64,000 nucleotides of DNA from the human T2T-CHM13v2.0 reference genome, Homo sapiens, in the NCBI RefSeq assembly GCF_009914755.1, contig NC_060945.1; one strand, given 5' to 3'. The notes beneath the pieces are model-generated. The model did no database searches. It was not told the origin of the DNA and saw only the letters and a program-made list of their open reading frames with translations. Of this stretch, positions 56,185-64,000 are shown one piece after another; the stretch's first letter is position 1, and every line of letters starts with the position of its first letter. The translations under genes and the position numbers were made by a program.

Positions 56185-57605
56185 ATATGAGTTTTCAAAT
56201 AGTTTTTTCTAGCTCCGTAAAAAATTTCATTGGCAGTTTGATGGAAATAGTATTAAATCTGTAAATTTCTTTGTGAAGTATAGCCATTTTAGTGATATTG
56301 GATCTTCCTATCCGTGAGCATGGGATGGTTTTCCATTTGTTTGTATCTTCTCTGATTTCTTTGAGCAGTGTTTTGTAAATCTCATTGTAGAGCTCTTTCA
56401 CCTCCCTGGTGAGCTGCATTTCCAGATATTTTATTATTTTAGTGGCAATTGTGAATGGGATGGCCTTTCTGATTTTGCTGTCAGTGTGGCTATCGTTGGT
56501 GTAGAAAAATGTTAGTGATCTTTGCACATTGATTTAGTATCTTGAAACTTTGCTGAAGCTGTTTGTTAACTAAAGAAGCTTTGTAGATGAAACTACAGGG
56601 TTTTCTAGATAGAGAATTATGTTATCTGCAAACAGAAATAGTTTGGCTTTCTCTCTTCCTATTTGGATGTTCTTCGGATTTCTTTCTCTAGCCTGATTGC
56701 TCTGGTCAGTACTGTCAATACTAAGTTGAATAGAAATGGCAAGAGAGGGCATTCTTGCCTTCTACTGGTTTTAAAAAATAATGTTCCCGGCTTTTGCCCA
56801 TTCAACACATTGTTGGCTGTGGGTTTCTTATAGACGGCTTTTATTATTTTCTGCGTCTATTGAGATAATCATCTTTTTTTTGTTTTTAGTTCTGTTTATG
56901 TAATGTATTACATTTATTGATTTGCACATGATGGACCAACCTTGCGTCCTAAGGAGGAAGCCTACTTGATCATGACGGATTACCTGTTTGATGTGCTGCT
57001 GGATTTGCCTCCCAAATATTTTGTTGAGAACTTTTGTATTGATGTTCGTCAAGAATATTGGCCTGAAGTTTTCTTTCCCTTCTTTCTTTTTTTTTTTTTT
57101 TTTTGACGGTGTCTCCCTCTGTTGCCCAGGCTGGAGTGGATTGCACTGGCGCGATCTCTGCTTAATGAAATCTCTGCCTCCTGAGTTCACGCCATTCTCC
57201 TGCTTCAGCCTCTCAAGTAGCTGGGACTACAGGTGTCTGCTACCAAGCCCGGCTAATTTTTTGTGTTTTTGTTGTGTCTCTGCCTGTTTTGGTGTCAAGA
57301 TCATGCTGTCCTCATAGAATGAGTTGGGGAGAAGACCCTCCTTCTCAATTTTTGGGTATAGTTTCTGTAGGAATTGTACCAGCTCTTCTTTGTACATTTG
57401 GTAGAATTTGGCTGTAAGTCCATAAAGTCCAGAGCTTTTTTTTTTTGATTGGCAAGCTACTTATTACCTATTTAATATCAGAGTTTTTTACTGGTCTGTT
57501 CAGGAAATCATTGTCTTCCTGGCTTAATCTTGAGAGAGTGTGTATATCTAGGAATCTATTTATTTCGTTAAAGTTTTCTAGTTTGTGTGTATAAAGTTGT
57601 TCATG
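56185..57605 (-). mobile_element. L1PA/PB ORF2 fragment with an Alu right arm inside (57085-57265)
   Basis: ORF 56195-56527 (AIPFTIATK...[20 protein letters not shown]) and 56828-57190 ([19 protein letters not shown]). Confidence 0.9.
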
Positions 57606-57699
57606 TTAGTGCTGTCCCCAGTTAAATAAAAACAACTATTAGAAACCACTAAAGTTTAACACTTGTTTTTATATCTTTAATCAATTTTTATTTAATTTT

Positions 57700-58370
57700 T
57701 CTACTTGGAATGTGATAAAGATTCAACTTTACTGGTTTAAATGTGGACTTGTTTTCCCAGCATTTCTTGTGTAACAAACTGTCTTTACATAATGATTAAG
57801 GCACACTTTTAAAAAGACAAACAATAATTTATGAAAGGGTTTTTTGGAGTATCTATTTTATTTATTTGATCTCCACAATTGTTCTTATGCCACTATCAAA
57901 CTGTTATAATTTTAGTAGCTTTTTATGTTTTCAAATTTAAAATTGTGAGCCACCTAATTTTGTCCTTCTTTTCAAGATTATTCTGTACATTCAGAGGATG
58001 TTCAAATTCCATATGAAGTTTTAAATGAGCTATTTTCTTTTTGCAGAAGAAAAGTTGGAAAAATGAAAACTTGGGATTACAGTACATCTGTACACTCCTT
58101 TGGGCAGTGGTATTGTCATCTTAACTTCATTAAATCTTCCGGTTCAGGAACATGGAATTTGTTGCCAGTTATTTAAGTCCTTTTTAGTTTTTTTCATAAA
58201 CATTCTGATCCTGTATTTTTTATTGTACAAGATATTTACCTCCTTATTAAATTTATTGCTAAGAATTATATTATTTTAATGTTGTTGCGAACAATTGTTT
58301 TCTTAATTTACTGTCAAATTGTTAATTGTATATGGAAATGCAGTTTATGTTTCTGTGTTGTAAAAATAAT
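57700..58370 (-). mobile_element. Old L1M ORF2 fragment
   Basis: Degenerate TTCTTTTTCAAGATTATT...AAATTCCATATGAAGTTTT...TTAAATTTATTGCTAAG. Confidence 0.65.
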
Positions 58371-58578
58371 TATTTCATGTCTCAAATCTAGATTAGCAAT
58401 TCATTCAGAATAAATATGCTGTATATATTACTAGTCATTTAACTTTTTCCAATAAGCTAACCAATTTCAATATGTCTAAATATGTAAAAATGTTAAATTG
58501 TGTTAGATTTTTCACTTACTCTCACCTGTCATTTATCTGTCAGAATTACATTACTGCGCACTAGAACTTTCATTTCTG

Positions 58579-58785
58579 GGGCCGGGCACGGAGGCTCATG
58601 CCTATATTCCTAGCACTTTGTGAGGCCAAGGCAGGCGGACCACCTGAGATCAGGAGTTCGAGACCTGTCTGGCCAATATGGTAAAACCCCGCCTCTACTA
58701 AAAATACAAAAATAAGCTGAGCGTGGTCTTGGGAGACTGTATTCCCAGCTACTTTGGAGGCTGACACTGGAGAATCACTTGAACA
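58579..58785 (+). mobile_element. Alu, 3'-truncated
   Basis: GGCCGGGCACGGAGGCTCATGCC...GGAGAATCACTTGAAC, then abrupt end. Confidence 0.9.
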
Positions 58786-58899
58786 ATCCCACAACACAAA
58801 ACAACCGAGGTTAGTCTTCATGTCGAAAGTCTTCAATGGATTGTCTTTTATCACAGGATTGCTTAGTGCAACATTTAATGGGAAAGATGCATGCTACTG

Positions 58900-59420
58900 A
58901 GATGTAGTTCTCCACAAGTCTCTTAGAGTTTGTTGTTTTGTTGTGGATTACATCACATACCTGTCCTGTTCCACGTTATTTTTCAAAGATTTTTGTACAC
59001 AAATAACCTGGAAAAAGGGTAGTAGTTTTTCTCTTCAGGTGAATGGCAGATAAATTACTCAATCAATATAATAAAGACAATTTTTCTTTGTGACGCAAAG
59101 GTTGGACAGGCTTCCATGTAACCTACTTTAAAAAGATTGAGGTTTCTTAGTCTTGAGTCTGCTCAGCTATGACACAAATCTTCCCCATGTACAATGTCCA
59201 TATGAGCCTTTTGAAATCCTTCAAAAAACGTAGTATGGACAAGGAGAACTAATACAAATATGAGGCTTTTGCCTCCAGGTAAGCAGTAAATAGTAGGTAT
59301 TTTTTTTCATACTTCAGTGTCTCATGCCTTCTACCAGCATCGATGAAAATGGAAGGTTAATATGTTGTTTACAAATGCTATAAAATCTTAGATACGTCAC
59401 AATTATTTAATTTTGGAGAT
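58900..59420 (+). mobile_element. MER68/MER21-like ERVL LTR
   Basis: TTTTCAAAGATTTTTGTA...TATAATAAAGACAAT...GCAAAGGTTGGACAGGCTT...TAAAAAGATT motifs. Confidence 0.5.
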
Positions 59421-59929
59421 GACTATGGCATGCTGAGATAAACACAACTTTCTGAAAGGGGAAAAGGAACAAATACTTGAAGAGCTTGCAAGGGATATGA
59501 GAAGTTCCCCCAGGACCAACAGCAAATTCTCTCGGCCAAGTGGTTAGTTTGGTGAAGCAAGAGATCAAGACTCTGCTGTCTGCTAATGAGACTGATCCTT
59601 GAGAGGATTATAACAATGAACCTGAGAGCTTTGCATGTTCACTTTTCTCCTGCTGGAAAATCAAGGAGCTCTTAAAGCTAATGTTGAGGTTTGGATGAGT
59701 CCAAAACACTAGAAGTTCATGTGGTTCAGCTGTGAGCAGCAAAAAGACTGCAAAAAGCCACATTAAGCAGGTTTTGTAAGTCTCTCTCCTTTACCCACAT
59801 GAAGGAACCCATTCCCTCTGCACTTCTAATTTTTGTCCTTTGTCTACAGCTAACTTCAGCAACTTTAAATATTAAACTACATACGATTGGAGGTTTGGAT
59901 GGGGGAACACAAATGTATGTAGTTCCTTT

Positions 59930-60780
59930 GGATACATGTATCTAATTCACCATTCTGTGGAGTCCCTTAGGGTGCACAGGGAGATATAGGTGTTAGGGTG
60001 GCTGGAAATGCTGACAAACCTATCATTCTATTAATCCAGTTGCTTCCAGATAATGGAAAGCATGGTAAGTCCACTGACATCCGTGAAGATGAGCACACTG
60101 CTACACTTTGGCTGTGAAGTGAGTTTCTTGGTCTGAGCAATGCTAAGTGGAATATCATAGGGATGGATGAGGGATTCTGTGAGTCCATGGAGGGTAGTTT
60201 TGGCAGAATTCCACCCAGGGAAAGCAAATTTGTATCCATAGTAAGAGCCTACTCCAGTGAGTACAAACTGTTGCCGCCTATATTATAAAAGTTATTCAAC
60301 GTAATAAATTTACTACCAGGTGCCTGGTGGATCACCCTGGAAATGATGTCATATCAAAGACTCAGTGTAGATCTGTGCTGCTGTCAAATTAAACATTCAG
60401 AATTGACTGTAGCCAGACTGGCCTTTGGGATTCAAAGTTCATATTGCTTAGCCCGTGCATTGCTTCTATTTCTGCTACTATGTTCACCTTGTTTATAAGC
60501 CCATTGGGTGATGATGGGGGTGACAGGGAAGTAAGAATGACCCATACTCACGGAACAAGACATTCTGTCCACATCATTATCAAAATCATGCTCTGATACG
60601 GTTACCCCTTAGTAGGGATTCATATAGAACAGACATATCTTTATGTAATTTACCCAGTGAGAGAAGTTTATCCACAAAAGTTTTTCTATTTTTTTTTTTT
60701 TGCCAGGAATTTTGTAATCATGTTCCTTCCGTGTCATTGGTCATGTAGCCAATTCATGGGCCACAGCAGTGTTGCAGGAG
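59930..60780 (-). mobile_element. ERV-L pol (integrase) fragment
   Basis: ATCCAGTTGCTTCCAGATAATGG...TGAAGTGAGTTTCTTGGTCTGAGCAATGCT corresponds on the minus strand to a degenerate SIASDQGTHFT...HHPEAAG integrase core. Confidence 0.7.
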
Positions 60781-60794
60781 TGAGTATCATAGGA

Positions 60795-62480
60795 TCTCAA
60801 ACTCCTGTTCTTAAGCAATCCTTGCCTCAACCTCTTAAGTAGCTGAGACTATAGGTGCACCCCACAACGCCTAGCTAATTTTGTTTTATTTTTAGTAGAG
60901 ATTAGATTTTGCTATGTTTTCCAGGCTGTTCTCACACTCCCCACCTCAAGCGATTCTCCCAGCTTTGCCTGCAAAGTGCTTTGACTAGAGTCAAACCTCC
61001 ACACCCAGCACCTATAATTTGATATTTTAAACAATACTAGGTAGCGAAAGCAATTACGAAGTTATCTAGGGAAAGAAAGCTCACTATCACAGTGTAAAAT
61101 TGTATAGATATGATGCGGGCATGTGTGTATACATGCTTGCTTGTGTGCATAGGTGCGTGTTTTCTGAGAAATGGTACCTTATTGCTACCAGGCTAGGATA
61201 GCATTCATGTTCTTCTGAAGATGTCAAATATTGAAGCTCCAGGATTCATAGAACAAGATTCCTAAGTGGTTCACGAGAGGGTGAACGATTGAGTAATGGG
61301 TATTTTGGAAGAAACAACTGGCCTAGGGACAAGAATAAGTGTGCAAATCATCTGTGTGAAACACGCTTTCTTCGGAGCACGCATTTCATGCACTTCATTC
61401 TACTGTGACAGATATTGCTACTCTGAGTTTGGGAGAGATTGAACCTAGGGTCTACTGTGAAACTCTGTAGACTAGACTTCTGTCTGAGGCAGCCCCTGCC
61501 TGTAACCGTAACCTGCGCCAAACTCCAATGGAGCATTCTTCTCAATGGATAAATGGAAATTCCGGATGATCCGATGGGCAGAGAGTGCGACTGTTTTTTT
61601 CAGGAGCTCTGGTTGAATGGTTTTGGGGACTTTCTGGGAGGATGCTCTGCACCCAGAAAAGTAGTCCAACGGGAATCATGAGAAAATGGGCGACTCCGTG
61701 TGCCTCCGTCCCCTCCTACTTCCTCACCCACCCCTCCATCAGGGATCCCACGTATTCCAGGATGACACGTGTTTTAGTTGTCTTTGGGCGACAACTAGCG
61801 GCAACCGTTACTGAAAATGTAAGCTGTAGAGAACAAAAAAACTCTGGTCGCCTGTTCACAGCTCACTCACTGCAACGTTGAATCCTGGGCTTAAGCAATC
61901 CTCCTGCCTCAGCTTCCTGAGTAGCTGGAAATATAGGCATGTGCCACAATGCTGGGCAATATTTTTAAGTAGTGGTAATCTCTCTCGATGTGTTGCCCAG
62001 GTTAGTCTCAAACTCCTGTCCTCTATCCAGCCTCCCACCTTGGTCTTCAGAAGTCCTGGGATTACAGGCTTGAGCCACTGTGCTCACTCCTATAATTTGA
62101 TGTTTTCAACAATACTATGTAGTGAAATGCATCACGAAGACATTTTGCAAAAGAAAGCTCACTATCACATATAAAGTTGTATACTTGTCATGTGCTCACG
62201 TGAGCGCATGTTCTTGCCTGTCTGAATGTTTTCTGAGAACTGATCATCTTTTCCCCAGGGACACTGGTTGAAGAGCTGCGGGGATTGTCTGGGAGGGTGT
62301 CTCGGGCCCGGAAACGTAATCCAGGAGAGATCAGAAGACCGGCGACCCCATGGGCCTCCATCTCTTTCTCCTTCCTTGACAACCCCTAAACCAGTGACCC
62401 CACTCATTCCAGGCTGGAACGTCGTTCGGTTGTCATTTGGCGTCACCTAGCGGTCACTGTTATTGAAAATGGAGGCATCA
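60795..62480. repeat. Old diverged tandem duplication (Alu fragment plus unique segment), rDNA-IGS-like
   Basis: Shared blocks CCTATAATTTGAT (61011/62089), AAAGAAAGCTCACTATCACA (61072/62150), TGTTTTCTGAGAA (61158/62227) and CTAGCGG...TGAAAATG (61795/62447); each copy is preceded by a minus-strand Alu fragment. Confidence 0.8.
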
Positions 62481-62619
62481 CACCAAAACTTCTGGCCGCC
62501 CGCGCACAGCCAGGGAAAACTGGTTTCTCTCGGGCCCCACCCTGACCTCAGATGCACTCCTTCTGTCCCTCCCCCAATGCCTTGTTGCCTAGGAAACCTC
62601 CACCCTGGCTGGGAATGCT

Positions 62620-62925
<306 letters not shown>

Positions 62926-63012
62926 ATCATTTGTTTTTCTTTCTTCCTTTTTTTTTTTTTTTTTTTTTTTAGTAAGCATGAACAGTTCTACCTGGGTTTT
63001 AAAAATTGTGTG

Positions 63013-63581
63013 TGTGAAAGAAAAATAAATCTTGAGGCTTCCAAATCACTAAAGTAAAGGGAAAAGTCAAGCTGGCAACTGTTTAGGGCCAACCTGCCAT
63101 TCTATTCAAAGTCACTCCTCTGCTCTTTTCTCTTTTTTTTTTTCTTTTTTGAGATGGAGTCTCGCTCAGATGCTCAAGCTGGAGCCCAGTGGAGCAATCT
63201 CGGCTCACTGCAACATTCGCCTCCTGGTTTCAAGCGATAAATGTATATTTGATTGCCTCCTTTGGAGAGGCTAATTAGAAACTCCAAAGAATGCAACCAT
63301 TTGTCTCTTAACTACCTTTGACCAGGAAGTCCCCTCCTCACTTTCAGTCTTCCCGCGTTTGCTAATTTGTCCCGCCTTTGCAGACCGAACCAATGTTCAT
63401 CTTGCATACTTTGATTGATGTCTCATGTCTCCCTAGAATGTATAAAACGATAATGTTCTCTGTTTACCTTAGGCACATGTCCTCAGAACCTCCTGAGGCT
63501 GTCACGGGTATGCGTCCTGAACCTTGGTTACGTAAACTTTCTAAATTAACTGAGACCTCTCTCAAGTTTTCAGGGTTCACA
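63013..63581 (+). mobile_element. MER4A-type solo LTR with a short Alu fragment (63126-63237)
   Basis: TGTGAAAGAAAAATAAATCTTG...GGGAAAAGTCAAGCTGG...GGGTTCACA termini. Confidence 0.88.
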
Positions 63582-63966
63582 ACGGAAAGTGCATTGTAGC
63601 TCCACCCTAGGGCTTATCATTAAGAAAAACTATCCTATATCTCTGCAGATACAGTCAAACCGGTTGTATGTAAACTGTATGAAACTAAATGCACTTATTA
63701 CAAGTAAATGAATAAATGCTGAGAAAAAAAATCATGAACCGCTCACCTTTCAAAGAAGCAATAATACTATGAATTATGTGTAATTTCCAGAGTCAGCTAG
63801 TTTCAAAATTGTCCCCACTAAACTTGGAAAGGTTCCAGAGTGAGCTATTGTGCCTCCAGCCTTTGCTCCTCCCCCTTCTTTCCCCTGCGCCCTCCCCTCA
63901 ACCTTTGCCGGCAATCACATTCTCTGATTCTGCAAAAGCAGGTGGGAGCCCTAGAGAGAGTTCTCG

Positions 63967-64000
63967 TTTTTTTTTTTTTTTTTTTTTTTTCTTTTTTGAG
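63967..64000 (-). mobile_element. Poly-T start of a probable minus-strand Alu running off the window
   Basis: Long T tract followed by GAG. Confidence 0.55.

Overview
Primate, most likely human, non-genic DNA made almost entirely of nested transposable elements: L1s of several ages, about 20 Alus, one full-length SVA, and LTR/ERV remnants (LTR12, HERV15/LTR15, Harlequin/LTR2, HERVL66/LTR66, ERV-L, MER4). I found no intact host protein-coding gene, RNA gene or CRISPR array. The listed ORFs are TE-derived or spurious. The most notable structures are: (1) a single full-length L1PA split into two oppositely oriented halves that share one 14-bp TSD, which marks a ~19-kb inversion (35724-54748); (2) a HERV15-type provirus with a strong G-to-A (APOBEC3-like) hypermutation signature, fused to a Harlequin env/LTR2 end; (3) two short templated-insertion scars; and (4) an old tandem duplication at 60.8-62.5 kb resembling rDNA intergenic-spacer sequence, hinting at an acrocentric or pericentromeric segmental-duplication origin. 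Repeat family names come from recalled consensus sequences, not from a database search, and many boundaries are approximate.
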